The notes: generated from the letters alone by a model not told the origin. A stretch of 64,000 nt of DNA from Malikia sp. (GCF_028687635.1 NZ_JAQTZS010000005.1:18663-82662); one strand, 5' to 3'. Positions 46,338-56,206 are shown, numbered from the stretch's first letter. Made by a program: numbers and translations.

Positions 46338-47264
46338 TCAGTCCCAGAACAGGATGGCCTCGCGCCCGCTGACCATCAGGTCCAGCTTGGCTCCAACCGG
46401 CAGCAGCACCTTGGTCGGCACATGGCCGAAAGGCAGGCCGGTCAGCACCGGGACCGGCAATTGGCAGCGCAACCATTCCACCACCGAAGTGAGCTTGAAG
46501 CCCTTGTCGTGTGGCACCAGTTGGAAGCGGTTGAACTGGCCCAGCACCACGGCCTTCTGACGTCCCAGCACGCCTGCATGCAGCAGCTGCGTCAGCATGC
46601 GCTCGATCCGATAGGGATGCTCGCCCACGTCCTCCAGGAACAGGATGCCGCCCTCGACCTGCGGGAAGTAAGGCGTGCCCAGCAGGGATACCAGCACCGA
46701 CAGATTGCCGCCCCAGAGCATGCCCTGCTCGACGCCCCAGCCTTCCTCGCCGCTGAGCTCGGGGTGGGCGCGCAGGTCGGACAGTGGCAGGCGCCAGCCC
46801 GTGCCCTCGCCCTGGCCGACCAGCAGGTCATCGAAACAGGCCTGCATGATCTCGTCGGGTTCTTCTTGCACACCAAAGTCCGCCAGCAGCGCGGGACCAG
46901 CCCAGGTCTGGCTGCCGGTCTGCGCCAGCAGGGCCAGCTGCAGCGCGGTGAAGTCGCTCAGGCCCACGAACTGGGTCCCGCGCTCGACCGCCTGCTGCAA
47001 GGCGGCGTAAGGCAGGCGTGGCAGCAGGCGCGTGAGGCCGTAGCCGCCGCGCGAGATCAACGCGACCTGCGCGCCGCTGGCGGTGGCACGCGCAATCGCC
47101 GCCAGGCGCGTCTCGTCGTCGCCTGCGAAACGCTGATGGCTGCTCAGTGCATCCGGGTCGAGCTCGACCTCGTGCCCCTGGGCCTGCAGGCGTTTGACGC
47201 CGCGACGGAAGGCGGCCTTGTCGCGCACCGCGCCGCTCGGTGAATAGATGTAGATATGGGCCAT
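46338..47264 (-). CDS. ldcA: LD-carboxypeptidase (peptidase S66, LdcA-like)
   Basis: The start is taken at MAHIYIYSPSG (ATG 47264). Motifs include ISRGGYG, GLSDFTAL, FLEDVGEHPYRIERML and GLPFGH. Confidence 0.85.
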   Translation of the reverse strand: MAHIYIYSPSGAVRDKAAFRRGVKRLQAQGHEVELDPDALSSHQRFAGDDETRLAAIARATASGAQVALISRGGYGLTRLLPRLPYAALQQAVERGTQFVGLSDFTALQLALLAQTGSQTWAGPALLADFGVQEEPDEIMQACFDDLLVGQGEGTGWRLPLSDLRAHPELSGEEGWGVEQGMLWGGNLSVLVSLLGTPYFPQVEGGILFLEDVGEHPYRIERMLTQLLHAGVLGRQKAVVLGQFNRFQLVPHDKGFKLTSVVEWLRCQLPVPVLTGLPFGHVPTKVLLPVGAKLDLMVSGREAILFWD

Positions 47265-47271
47265 GGGCCGA

Positions 47272-48399
47272 TTATCGGGCGTCCCAGCCATGAGCCCGCC
47301 AGGCCCGCCGTCCCGCCTCGTGTCCCGCATCGGGATAAGGCGCTTTTGCCAGTTCAGGTGTCCAGGGGGCCAGATCAGTTTCACCCAAGGACCGAAATTG
47401 CTTGATTCGTTGCGGCGCAAGCTCCAGCAGCCGCTGCGCCAGCACCCGCTGTCCTGGCGCGTAAGCGACGTCGAACTGCCCGACTCCACGTGACTCCAGC
47501 CAGGCCAGCAGCAGGGCCGCGTGCTGGTCGAGCCGGTGCCAGGCCGTTCTCTTAGGTTTGTCACTCTGGCCAAAGCCGATCAGGTCGGGCAGCAACACGC
47601 GCGCGCCCTGCCCGGCCCTCGCAGTCGCCCACGCCGCCAGCTGCGGCCACCAGGCATCAGGCCCGTGCAGCGCCAGCCATTGGCTGTCCGCCTCCCTTGG
47701 CCCCAGGTCCAGGCCATGCAGGCGCAGGCCCTGCAGTTCGGGCAATGCCTGCTCGTGATTCGATGCCTCGTGCAGTTTTGGCCAGATTTTCCAGGCCGAC
47801 TCGAAGCGGCGTTCTGGCGTGCGCAGCGCATCGTCGCGCAAGGGAATGGCGGACTTTTTCGCGGCGCGGCGTCGCCCAGCGAAGAAATCCTGCATCAGCG
47901 CGCCGCACTCCTCGGCAAGCACCCCACCCACGACCTCGGTCTGGTGGTTGAGTTCGCGGTAGGCAAACAGGTCCAGCACCGAACCCGCCGCGCCAGTCTT
48001 GGGCTCGCGCGCGCCATAGACCACCCGCTTGATGCGCGCGTGCAGCATGGCCTGCGCGCACATGGCGCAGGGCTCCAGCGTGACATAGAGCTCGCAGTCG
48101 TCGAGCCGGTAATTGCCCAGTTGGCGGGCCGCCTCGCGCAAGGCCAGCATCTCGGCGTGCGCCGTCGGGTCGTGCAGGCCGATGGGCTGGTTGTGCGTGC
48201 AAGCGAGCAACTCGCTGACAGCAACGGTGTCTATCCCGGGTCTTGCACGCACCAGTACCGCACCGACGGGAACTTCGCCCTGCTGCGCGGACCGGCGCGC
48301 CGCATCGAGTGCCCAATGCATGAACTCGACATCGCGATCCTGGGCCGATGACGCCGATTCATTGTGGGGCGGCATGGAAATGATTGGATGCGCAGGCAT
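47272..48399 (-). CDS. tadA: tRNA adenosine(34) deaminase TadA fused to a truncated alpha/beta-hydrolase-like C-terminal domain
   Basis: The deaminase motifs HAEMLALREA and LEPCAMCAQAM lie in residues ~25-175. The C-terminal roughly 200 aa resemble the N-terminal half of haloalkane-dehalogenase-like hydrolases (LRTPERRF, LHGLDLGP, PDLIGFGQSDKP). Confidence 0.85.
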   Translation of the reverse strand: MPAHPIISMPPHNESASSAQDRDVEFMHWALDAARRSAQQGEVPVGAVLVRARPGIDTVAVSELLACTHNQPIGLHDPTAHAEMLALREAARQLGNYRLDDCELYVTLEPCAMCAQAMLHARIKRVVYGAREPKTGAAGSVLDLFAYRELNHQTEVVGGVLAEECGALMQDFFAGRRRAAKKSAIPLRDDALRTPERRFESAWKIWPKLHEASNHEQALPELQGLRLHGLDLGPREADSQWLALHGPDAWWPQLAAWATARAGQGARVLLPDLIGFGQSDKPKRTAWHRLDQHAALLLAWLESRGVGQFDVAYAPGQRVLAQRLLELAPQRIKQFRSLGETDLAPWTPELAKAPYPDAGHEAGRRAWRAHGWDAR

Positions 48400-48477
48400 G
48401 ACATGGGGAGCGTCCAGGCGACTGACGCAGCAATATAGTGATCAACGGGATTATCCCTCCTGCGCTGACCAGCAGAC

Positions 48478-48804
48478 ATGAGCGAAAATCCCGGCTCTCC
48501 CCGCCATCCAACGATTCACACAGGACAAGCCATGGCCAGTGCCCTGCCCCCTACCCTCGCCCTCAAGCTGCCCGAAGAGCATGTCTTCGAGGACCTCAAG
48601 CTGCGCCGCTGCGCCGACGATGCGATCGACCTTGACATGGATCTGGTCAGGAAGGTCTGCCAGCTCAACGGACTGGACTTCGACAAGGTCCAGTCCAACC
48701 CGGGGCCGGTGGTCAGCACCATCCTGACCGTCTGGTACAAGAGCCACCTGGCCGAGGGCGGCTCGCCCGACCCGGTGATGGAGCAGCTCAAGCAGGGCCG
48801 CTGA
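48478..48804 (+). CDS. small hypothetical protein
   Basis: 108-aa ORF (ATG 48532 is an alternative start). Third-position G+C is very high across the ORF, which supports real coding. I recognise no family. Confidence 0.55.
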   Translation: MSENPGSPRHPTIHTGQAMASALPPTLALKLPEEHVFEDLKLRRCADDAIDLDMDLVRKVCQLNGLDFDKVQSNPGPVVSTILTVWYKSHLAEGGSPDPVMEQLKQGR

Positions 48805-48840
48805 CCAGAATAGATCCGGTTGCTGCTGGTGCGGCTGGCC

Positions 48841-49166
48841 TCACTTCTTCATCCAGTCATTCTGCCCCTGGATGTAGTTGCCCGGCTGGGTGCGCTGCGC
48901 CGCTTCGCGCGCAAAAACGGCCGCAGCCTCATCGACCGAGATGCCATTGCGTGACGCGATCTGCTCGAACTGGGTACGGCGCTGGCGGTTGACCTGCTCC
49001 AACAGCTGCCTGGCTTCTGGCGGCACATCGGTCCTGACCAACCCTAGGTAACCGTCACGCTGCTCGCCCAGCCAGCCCTGTGATTTGGCCCCTGCCAGGT
49101 CCAGCGCGTGCACGACGCCAGCGAGCAATGCGAGTCCCAGGATGGCGGCCTTGATGGTGTTTTTCA
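48841..49166 (-). CDS. ydbL: YdbL-family periplasmic protein (DUF1318)
   Basis: The start is taken at MKNTIKAAILGLALLAGVVHA (signal peptide). GWLGEQRDGYLG...VNRQRR...IA fits DUF1318. The gene is last in the ydbH-ynbE-ydbL arrangement. Confidence 0.8.
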
Positions 49167-49199
49167 TGCTCGATGTCCTTTCTGTGTGGCGACGGCGGA

Positions 49200-49397
49200 T
49201 CAGAACAGCCCCTTGTCGGATTGGAACAGCTGCTGCACGTCCTTCTCGACCTTGAGCAGGATCTCGTGCTTGATGTTGACGTTCATGTTGATCTCGATCG
49301 GCTTGTCGGGGGCCTGCAGCTTGACCGTAGGGGAACAAGCTTCCAGCACCAGAATCGGCAACACCGCCATCCAGGTAATATGTAAATATTTGTTCAT
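49200..49397 (-). CDS. ynbE: YnbE-family lipoprotein
   Basis: 65 aa with the lipobox LVLEAC and the sequence SPTVKLQAPDKPIEINMNVNIKHE, typical of YnbE. Confidence 0.8.
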   Translation of the reverse strand: MNKYLHITWMAVLPILVLEACSPTVKLQAPDKPIEINMNVNIKHEILLKVEKDVQQLFQSDKGLF

Positions 49398-49450
49398 TGA
49401 CGATTCCTCCGTGATCTTGCAGTGTAGAAGCCGCAGTGGCAGCTTCTACC

Positions 49451-51688
49451 TTACTGCAGTTTTCCTTGCTGCAGTTGTTTCAACAGGTAAGCACTGAAGT
49501 CGCCTGAAAGCAAAGCACCCTGGAACAGACCAGGCAAGGCCCCATTTATATTCACTTTGAATTCGATTGGGTGGCCACTGTAGAGTTGGGGGTTGTGGCC
49601 GTCTAGCTTTAGCACGAGTCGATACTTGCCAGCGGCGTCGTAGTTCACCCCGAGGTCGAGCCGGCTGTAGCGGAAGTCGCGCAGCGCTTGCAGCCCGATG
49701 TTGTCACTGACGGGCGTGGACGGCTGGTAGCGCAACTGCCCCGCGATCGTGGATTGCAGCTGTCCATCAAGGACTACGACCTGGCTATTGGTCCAGGATA
49801 CCGGCAGCCTGCCCGTTAGCCTACCCGTGCCAGCGAGACCCGGTAGATCGATCATGGTCAGCAGGCGTTCCAGGTCCACCTGCTTGACATTGAGCACCAC
49901 CGTACCGCTGCGTGGCGGCATCGGCAGTGTTGCGGGCTCGCTCACTATGCTTCCGTCCAGCAAGCCAGCTTGGAACTCGCGCAAGCCTAGGCGGTTGTTG
50001 GCTAGATCCAGCTTCAGCTGGACCGGGCTCAGTTGCAGGCCGGCGGCGAGCTCGACCCGTTCCAGCTCGGCCGAGAGCGAGCCTTTCCGCCCTTGCAGGT
50101 CATCGATGCGCAGCTTGAGATCAAGACCCGACGCAAGGGTCTTGGCCCAGCCCAGCTTGCCCTGGCGGATTTCGAACTCTCCGGAAAGGCTGATTGCCCT
50201 GTTCGTCCCCGAGCAGTAACGCCCAGTCAGCCGGCCCTCGCTGCTGCCCGACTGCAGCGTCAATGGCATCAGGGCGGCAGGCCTGGTGTGCAGCAAGCCA
50301 TTGAGCTGCGACAGTTGGCCAGCATGCTTGAGCTCGAAATTCGCGCATCCACTCTTGCTGGCATAGTCACCGCGCCAGTCAGCCAGCACCAGCTGGTCTT
50401 GGGATGCCAGCTTGCCGTCAACCTTACCGTCCGCCTTGAGTTGACCAGCATGCCAGCGCCAGTTGGCCGAGATCCCCACTTGTGGCCAGTCAGGGTGGAA
50501 ACTGCTGGGCAGCATGCGCAGTTGTCCGCTGGCCTCGAATTGAGCGGGGTTTTCAATATTGAGCAGCCTGAGGCGTTCAATGACGAACTTGAGCGGCTTG
50601 GCTGCTCCCAGCCACAGCGTCATGGGAAGCTTGTCTTGGCTGGCACCTGAATGCAGCGTATAGACCTGGTCCAGCTTGAGTCTGGCCTGCCAAGACTTGG
50701 CCTTGGCTGCTGGGTCTGTCTTGATGACGGTGATGGCCAGCCCAGGCTTGAGCCTGGCTGACCAGGCTGGCTTGGCCGCCGCCATCCGGTTGATCTCGAT
50801 ACTCAGATTCCCATCGATCTGCAATGCGGTCTTGCCTGAATCCTTGAACTGAACTTGTACGTCGCTCGTTTTCAACTCTGCAGCCAAGCTGTTCCACTCG
50901 CCGAGCTGGTTTCCTAGTATTGCTTTGGCATTCAGATTTATCTTGCCTTTTGCTCCAACAAATGATCGAGCTGGGAAAATTCTATTGAGCAGCACTGCCG
51001 TGCTTTCCAGATCAATTTTTCCTGACACCTTGATTCTTTTTGATTCTGTTTTACAATTTGAATTGTTTTTAATTGCGTAAGTTACATTTAAAACGGAATC
51101 GACGGAACCAATCTGGGTCGGCCAGCTCAGCTCGGCTGCGGTCGACTCACCCGTCTGCAGCTTGGTCTGGACGGGCTGACCAGCGACCTCGAACGTCACC
51201 ACATGGCGTCCCACCGAGGACTGCTCCAGCTGCACCGGGGTCGAGAAGATCCATTGCCTGCCGTCGGCCAGATCAACGCGCAGGTCCAGCGTATCGACCT
51301 GGAGGCGATCCAGGGGCAGGGCGATGGCCGGCAGTTCGGGCCATGAAGCTGGGGCACTGGTCCTGGCCTGCTGCCAGTGCAGGCCAACCCGATTGGTCTG
51401 GAGCAGGCTCAGGCGGCGGCTTCGCCATGAAAACTCTGCCTTGACATCGCGCAGATCCACCGCGATGGTGGAGCCCCCCTCCCCGGCCCGGCGCAGGACC
51501 AGGCTGTCGAGAGCGAGTTGTCGCAAGCCTGTCCGAGGCCCCTGCATGGATACCAGCTGCCAACCCTGCTCGGCCAGCAGGCGCATCAGCCCCTGCTGAA
51601 GCAGCTTCGGCCAGGAAATGACCAGGAAAACCACGAGCGACAGGACGAGCGAAGCGGCCAGCCACCAGAGATATGATCTTGCTTTCAT
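49451..51688 (-). CDS. ydbH: YdbH-like AsmA-family intermembrane transport protein
   Basis: The start is taken at MKARSYLWWLAASLVLSLVVFLVI (N-terminal TM anchor). The protein is long and beta-rich and ends in a DUF748/YdbH-type C-terminus (LRDFRYSRLDLGVNYDAAGKYRLVLKLDGHNP). Its operon partners are ynbE and ydbL. Confidence 0.8.
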   Translation of the reverse strand: MKARSYLWWLAASLVLSLVVFLVISWPKLLQQGLMRLLAEQGWQLVSMQGPRTGLRQLALDSLVLRRAGEGGSTIAVDLRDVKAEFSWRSRRLSLLQTNRVGLHWQQARTSAPASWPELPAIALPLDRLQVDTLDLRVDLADGRQWIFSTPVQLEQSSVGRHVVTFEVAGQPVQTKLQTGESTAAELSWPTQIGSVDSVLNVTYAIKNNSNCKTESKRIKVSGKIDLESTAVLLNRIFPARSFVGAKGKINLNAKAILGNQLGEWNSLAAELKTSDVQVQFKDSGKTALQIDGNLSIEINRMAAAKPAWSARLKPGLAITVIKTDPAAKAKSWQARLKLDQVYTLHSGASQDKLPMTLWLGAAKPLKFVIERLRLLNIENPAQFEASGQLRMLPSSFHPDWPQVGISANWRWHAGQLKADGKVDGKLASQDQLVLADWRGDYASKSGCANFELKHAGQLSQLNGLLHTRPAALMPLTLQSGSSEGRLTGRYCSGTNRAISLSGEFEIRQGKLGWAKTLASGLDLKLRIDDLQGRKGSLSAELERVELAAGLQLSPVQLKLDLANNRLGLREFQAGLLDGSIVSEPATLPMPPRSGTVVLNVKQVDLERLLTMIDLPGLAGTGRLTGRLPVSWTNSQVVVLDGQLQSTIAGQLRYQPSTPVSDNIGLQALRDFRYSRLDLGVNYDAAGKYRLVLKLDGHNPQLYSGHPIEFKVNINGALPGLFQGALLSGDFSAYLLKQLQQGKLQ

Positions 51689-51724
51689 CCAAACAACTTG
51701 CCGGGCAAATGCCCTGGCCACAGT

Positions 51725-52432
51725 CTAGCGGTCTTCAGGCTGTGCGCATGGGCTGGGCCAAAGTACTGGCAACGGATGGACCTGCTGCTGCAAGCGGATC
51801 ACATCGTCGGGTGTGTCCAGGTCGGTGACATAGGCCGGGTTGGCCATGGACAAGGGTTGGACGGCCCCAGGGTTCTGCTTCATCCAGTCCCGGACACCCA
51901 GGTGACGCGGCATGGCAGCCACCTGCGCCACGGCATGGCGGGACAGCAGCAGCGGATGGCCGCGCGTGCCGTCGACCAGCGGCATCAGCGCATGCACCGA
52001 AGTCGCACGCTGGTGCCAGGCCGACACCAGCGGCGCCATGTCTGAGGCGCCCAGCAGCGGCAGGTCAGCCAGTACCAGCAGCAGGTCATGGCTGCCGAAG
52101 CGGGTCTGGTGCATGTCCAGCGCCAGCCGCTGCGAATCGATCAGGCTGGGGCTGGCCAGGCGATGCGTCAGCGCCAGCGCCCCACTGCGCTCGATGAGGG
52201 GCAACAGCTGCTCGCGGTAGGGGCCGATCACCACGCTCTCCGCTGCCATGCCGGCCTGCTGCAGTGCCGACACCAGCCGCTCCAACAGGCTCATACCGTC
52301 AATCTGCAGCGTCGCCTTGGCGCGCCAGCCCAGCCTCTGCCCCAGTCCAGCCGCCAGGATGGTCGCGGCCAGCGGAGGTGGCGCTACACCGGATGTATTG
52401 CCCTTCTGCGCCGGACCCAAATCAGACTCCAC
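51725..52432 (-). CDS. MobA-like NTP transferase (molybdenum cofactor cytidylyltransferase MocA-like)
   Basis: ILAAGLGQRLG is a nucleotide-binding loop, and the LADLPLL region is present. The start is uncertain: GTG at 52432 or TTG at 52420, since no ATG is close to the conserved N-terminus. The gene lies downstream of xdhC. Confidence 0.7.
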   Translation of the reverse strand: MESDLGPAQKGNTSGVAPPPLAATILAAGLGQRLGWRAKATLQIDGMSLLERLVSALQQAGMAAESVVIGPYREQLLPLIERSGALALTHRLASPSLIDSQRLALDMHQTRFGSHDLLLVLADLPLLGASDMAPLVSAWHQRATSVHALMPLVDGTRGHPLLLSRHAVAQVAAMPRHLGVRDWMKQNPGAVQPLSMANPAYVTDLDTPDDVIRLQQQVHPLPVLWPSPCAQPEDR

Positions 52433-53468
52433 AGGTCGGCGCGGTGAAAGCCGACGCCCCCGGCTGCGGCTGGCGGGACTTGCCCGTGGCAACCGGAACG
52501 GGCTCGCGCACGGGGACACCGTTCTTCACCGCGACGACCTCGGCCATGATCGACAGCGCGATCTCGGCTGGCGTCTTGCTGCCGATGTACAGCCCGGCAG
52601 GACCGCGCAGTCGCTGCAGATCCGCCTGTGACAGGTTGAAGTGGGTGCGTAGCCGCTCGCGCCGCAGTTCACTGTGCCGGCGCGAGCCGATGGCGCCGAC
52701 GTAGAAGGCTTCGGACTGCAAGGCATCGATCAGCGCCAGATCATCGAGCTTGGGGTCATGGGTGAGCGCGACCAAGGCGGTGCGGGTATCGGGCTGGAGA
52801 CGCAGGATCAGGTCGTCGGGCATCTCATGGCTCAGCTGCACCCCCTCCAGCTTCCAGCTGGCCCGCTGCTCCTCGCGCGGGTCGCAGACGATGACCTCGA
52901 AGCCCAGACCCAGGGCCATCTGGCTCATGAAATGCGAGAGATCGCCGGCACCGATCAGGATCAGGCGGGCCTGGGGCCCCAGGTAGGTGATCAGCTGCGC
53001 GTCGGTGAGTCGCGGCACGCCGTCGCACCGGCCGCTGCGCAGATCGACCTGACCGGTCTGCAGGTCCAGGCAGCGCTCGCTGCTGTGGCGCTGCTGGCAG
53101 GCCAGCAACAGCTCCTGCAGCCGGCTGCGCGCCGATACGGGTTCGAGCACCAGCTCCACCGTACCGCCGCATGGCAGACCGAAACGATGCGCCTCGTCGG
53201 CCGAGATGCCGTAACGCAGCACGGCCGGTGCGCCGCTGGCACAGACGGCTGGCACGCCACCGGCGCGGATGCGCTCGATCAGGTCGTCCTCGATGCAGCC
53301 GCCCGAGACCGAGCCCACCGTGTCGCCCTGGCCGTTGATGGCCATGAGCGAGCCCGGCGGACGGGGGGATGAGCCCCAGGTCCGGGCCACGGTAACCAAC
53401 AGCACCGGCAGGCCTTGGGCTTGCCAGCCCGAGGCGGCGCGCAAGACCTGGGTATCAAGGTCTTCCAT
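52422..53468 (-). CDS. XdhC-family molybdoenzyme maturation factor
   Basis: The start is at MEDLDTQVL (ATG 53468). Motifs include SPRPPGSLMAI...GSVSGGCIE and LILIGAGDLS (Rossmann-like). Confidence 0.85.
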   Translation of the reverse strand: MEDLDTQVLRAASGWQAQGLPVLLVTVARTWGSSPRPPGSLMAINGQGDTVGSVSGGCIEDDLIERIRAGGVPAVCASGAPAVLRYGISADEAHRFGLPCGGTVELVLEPVSARSRLQELLLACQQRHSSERCLDLQTGQVDLRSGRCDGVPRLTDAQLITYLGPQARLILIGAGDLSHFMSQMALGLGFEVIVCDPREEQRASWKLEGVQLSHEMPDDLILRLQPDTRTALVALTHDPKLDDLALIDALQSEAFYVGAIGSRRHSELRRERLRTHFNLSQADLQRLRGPAGLYIGSKTPAEIALSIMAEVVAVKNGVPVREPVPVATGKSRQPQPGASAFTAPTCGV

Positions 53469-53481
53469 GGTCGAGCCCGGT

Positions 53482-55716
53482 TCAAGCCAGCTGGAACGGC
53501 AGCGCGCGCAGCGGCTTGCCGCTGAGCTGCGCGATGGCGTTGGCAAACGCGGGCGCCAGCGGTGGCAGCCCCGGCTCGCCCATGCCGGTGGGGGCATCGG
53601 CGCTGGGCACGATATGCACCGAAAACTCGGGCATGTCGCTGATGCGCGGGATGGCAAAGTCACCGAAGTTGCTCTGCTGGACCACGCCATTCTTGAGCGT
53701 GATGGCGGCACCGGGCAGGCACATCGACAAGCCCATCAGGGCGGCACCCTGGATCTGGGCTTCCACGCTGCGCGGGTTGATCGCCAGGTTGCAGTGCACG
53801 CCTGCGGTGACCTGATGCAGCACGGGACGACCGTCCTGCAGCGACGCTTCCACCACATAGGCCACCACGGAGTCGAAAGACTGGTGCACGGCCACACCCC
53901 AGGCGCGACCTGCCGGCAGTGAACGCTTGCCATAGCCGCTGCGGTCCACCGCCAGTTGCAGCGCTGCGCGGTGGCGCGGGTGCTGGTCCCCGAACAGACT
54001 CATGCGGTAGGCCACCGGGTCCTGCCGGATGGTGCGGGCGATCTCGTCGAGCAGCGTCTCCATCACGTAGGCGGTATGGGTGGAGCCCACGCTGCGCCAC
54101 CACAGCACCGGCACGTTGAGCCGGGGATGGTGCACGCTCAGCCGCATCGGGATCGGATACGGCTCGCGCATGCCTTCGGTGGCGGTGGAATCCACGCCGT
54201 TCTTGATCATGCCTTCGAACAGGGTGCCGGCAGCGATCGACTGGCCGACCAGCACATGGTCCCAGGCCAGCACCTGGCCGCGCTCATCAAAGCCGATGCG
54301 CGCGCGGTGCAGGTGCATGGGGCGGTAGTAGCCACCTTGGATGTCGTCCTCGCGGCTCCAGACGGTCTGAATCGGAACCTGCAGGCCAGCGGTGCGCGCA
54401 ACCTTGGCCACCTCGCAGGCCAGCACCACGAAGTCGCTGCTAGGCACGCCACGGCGGCCGAAGCCACCACCGGCCATCTGCACGTTTACCTTCACCTGCT
54501 CGGGCTGCAAGGCCAGCACACGGGCCGCCGCCATGCCATCCAATCCGGGGAGCTGGGTGCCGGCCCAGATGTCGGCGCGGCTCTCGCTCAGCTGCACGGT
54601 GCAGTTCAGTGGCTCCATGGGCGCATGAGCCAGGTAGGGAAAAACGAATTCCGCCTCGATCCGGTGCGGGGCACTGGCCAGCGGACCCATGTCGGCATCG
54701 AAGGCCAGCGCGCCCGGTTGATCGGCCAGCTGGCGGTACTGCGCCAGCTGTCGTTCGCTATCGACTTTTTCCACGGCGGCGCTGTCCCATTGCAGCTTGA
54801 GGGCGTCGCGCCCCTGCTTGGCGGGCCAGTAGCCGTCGGCAATCACCGCCACGCCCACGGCCCCACGCTCCAGCGGCACCCGCAACACCGCCTTGACGCC
54901 GGCAATCGCACGGGCGGCACGGTCATCGACCGATATCAGCCTGGCACCAAAGACCGGCGGCCGGGCCACCACGGCCGTGAGCTGACCGGGCAGCCGCAGG
55001 TCGAGACCGAAGTCCTGGCGACCGCTGCTCTTGACGCGGGCATCCAGGCGAGTGGTCGGACGGCCGATGATGCGGAAATCCTTCGGATCCTTGAGGGTGA
55101 CTTGCTCGGGCACTGGTTGCGCCATCGCGGCCTCGGCCAGTTCGCCGTAGCCGGCCTTGCGACCGTTGGGCCCCAGCACTTGCCCTGCTTCGGTGCGCAA
55201 CGCCGATACATCGACCTTCCAGCGCTGGGCCGCGGCCGACAGCAGCATGGCGCGCGCGCGGGCGCCGAGCTCGCGGTACTGCATGAAGCTGTGCTTGATC
55301 GAGTTGGATCCCCCGGTCAGGTGCATGCCGTAGCGCGGGTCGACGTAGGCTGGGTCGTTGCTGCCGTGGCGGCTGCGCACCAGGCTCCAGTCGGCGTCGA
55401 GTTCCTCGGCCAGGATCATCGGCAGGCCCGTTTCCACGCCCTGGCCAAACTCCAGCCGGTTGATGGTGACGGTGACTTCGCCGTTGGGTGCGATCTGGAC
55501 AAAGGCCGAGGGCTGCTCGGTCGGCTTGACCGCGTTGGCCGCAGGAGCGGCTGCCGCCTGAGCCGTGGCCAGCTGCGGAAAGGCGCCGAGCGCCAGGCCA
55601 CTGACACCGGCCAGCTTGAGGAAACTGCGGCGCGGCATGGGCGCCTTGGCATCGGAGTTGCCCTGCAGGTGCTGGATGGCGCGCGGGACTTCAATGCCGT
55701 GGGGGGCAATCAACAT
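53482..55716 (-). CDS. molybdopterin-binding oxidoreductase large subunit (IorB / aldehyde-oxidase beta-subunit type) with a twin-arginine signal
   Basis: The start is taken at ATG 55716, preceded by AAGGAAGGA. The Tat motif is MPRRSFLKLAGVSGLALGA. Xanthine-dehydrogenase-family a/b hammerhead and MoCo-binding regions follow. ATG 55638 is an alternative start. Confidence 0.88.
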   Translation of the reverse strand: MLIAPHGIEVPRAIQHLQGNSDAKAPMPRRSFLKLAGVSGLALGAFPQLATAQAAAAPAANAVKPTEQPSAFVQIAPNGEVTVTINRLEFGQGVETGLPMILAEELDADWSLVRSRHGSNDPAYVDPRYGMHLTGGSNSIKHSFMQYRELGARARAMLLSAAAQRWKVDVSALRTEAGQVLGPNGRKAGYGELAEAAMAQPVPEQVTLKDPKDFRIIGRPTTRLDARVKSSGRQDFGLDLRLPGQLTAVVARPPVFGARLISVDDRAARAIAGVKAVLRVPLERGAVGVAVIADGYWPAKQGRDALKLQWDSAAVEKVDSERQLAQYRQLADQPGALAFDADMGPLASAPHRIEAEFVFPYLAHAPMEPLNCTVQLSESRADIWAGTQLPGLDGMAAARVLALQPEQVKVNVQMAGGGFGRRGVPSSDFVVLACEVAKVARTAGLQVPIQTVWSREDDIQGGYYRPMHLHRARIGFDERGQVLAWDHVLVGQSIAAGTLFEGMIKNGVDSTATEGMREPYPIPMRLSVHHPRLNVPVLWWRSVGSTHTAYVMETLLDEIARTIRQDPVAYRMSLFGDQHPRHRAALQLAVDRSGYGKRSLPAGRAWGVAVHQSFDSVVAYVVEASLQDGRPVLHQVTAGVHCNLAINPRSVEAQIQGAALMGLSMCLPGAAITLKNGVVQQSNFGDFAIPRISDMPEFSVHIVPSADAPTGMGEPGLPPLAPAFANAIAQLSGKPLRALPFQLA

Positions 55717-55732
55717 GATGGGATTCCTTCCT

Positions 55733-56206
55733 TCAGGCAATGGTGCGGGCGGCTTCGGCCACAGCGGCACGGATGCGGGCATAGGTGCCACAACGGCAGA
55801 GATTGCCGGCCATCGCCGCGTCGATTTCGTCGGTGCCGGGCTGCTTGCCACGCGGCAAGGACTTGATGAAAGCGGTGGCGCTCATGATCTGTCCGCTCTG
55901 GCAGTAGCCGCATTGCGCCACATCGTGCTTGACCCAGGCAGCATGCACGGCAGCGCCGACCGGATCGGCCCCAGCGGTGACGGATTCGATCGTGACGATC
56001 TTCTTGCCACTGGCGGCCGCGATGGGCGTGACACAGGAGCGGACGGCTTGGCCGTCGATATGCACGGTGCAGGCGCCGCACAGCGCGACACCACAGCCGA
56101 ACTTGGTGCCGGTCAGGCCCAGCGCATCGCGCAGGGCCCAGAGGATGGGGGTGCCGGAATCGACGTTGACCCGGTGGTCACGCCCGTTGACGTTCAAGGT
56201 GTTCAT
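55733..56206 (-). CDS. (2Fe-2S)-binding small subunit (IorA type)
   Basis: 157 aa with two [2Fe-2S] motifs: CGVALCGACTV and CGYCQSGQIM...CRCGTY. Confidence 0.92.
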   Translation of the reverse strand: MNTLNVNGRDHRVNVDSGTPILWALRDALGLTGTKFGCGVALCGACTVHIDGQAVRSCVTPIAAASGKKIVTIESVTAGADPVGAAVHAAWVKHDVAQCGYCQSGQIMSATAFIKSLPRGKQPGTDEIDAAMAGNLCRCGTYARIRAAVAEAARTIA

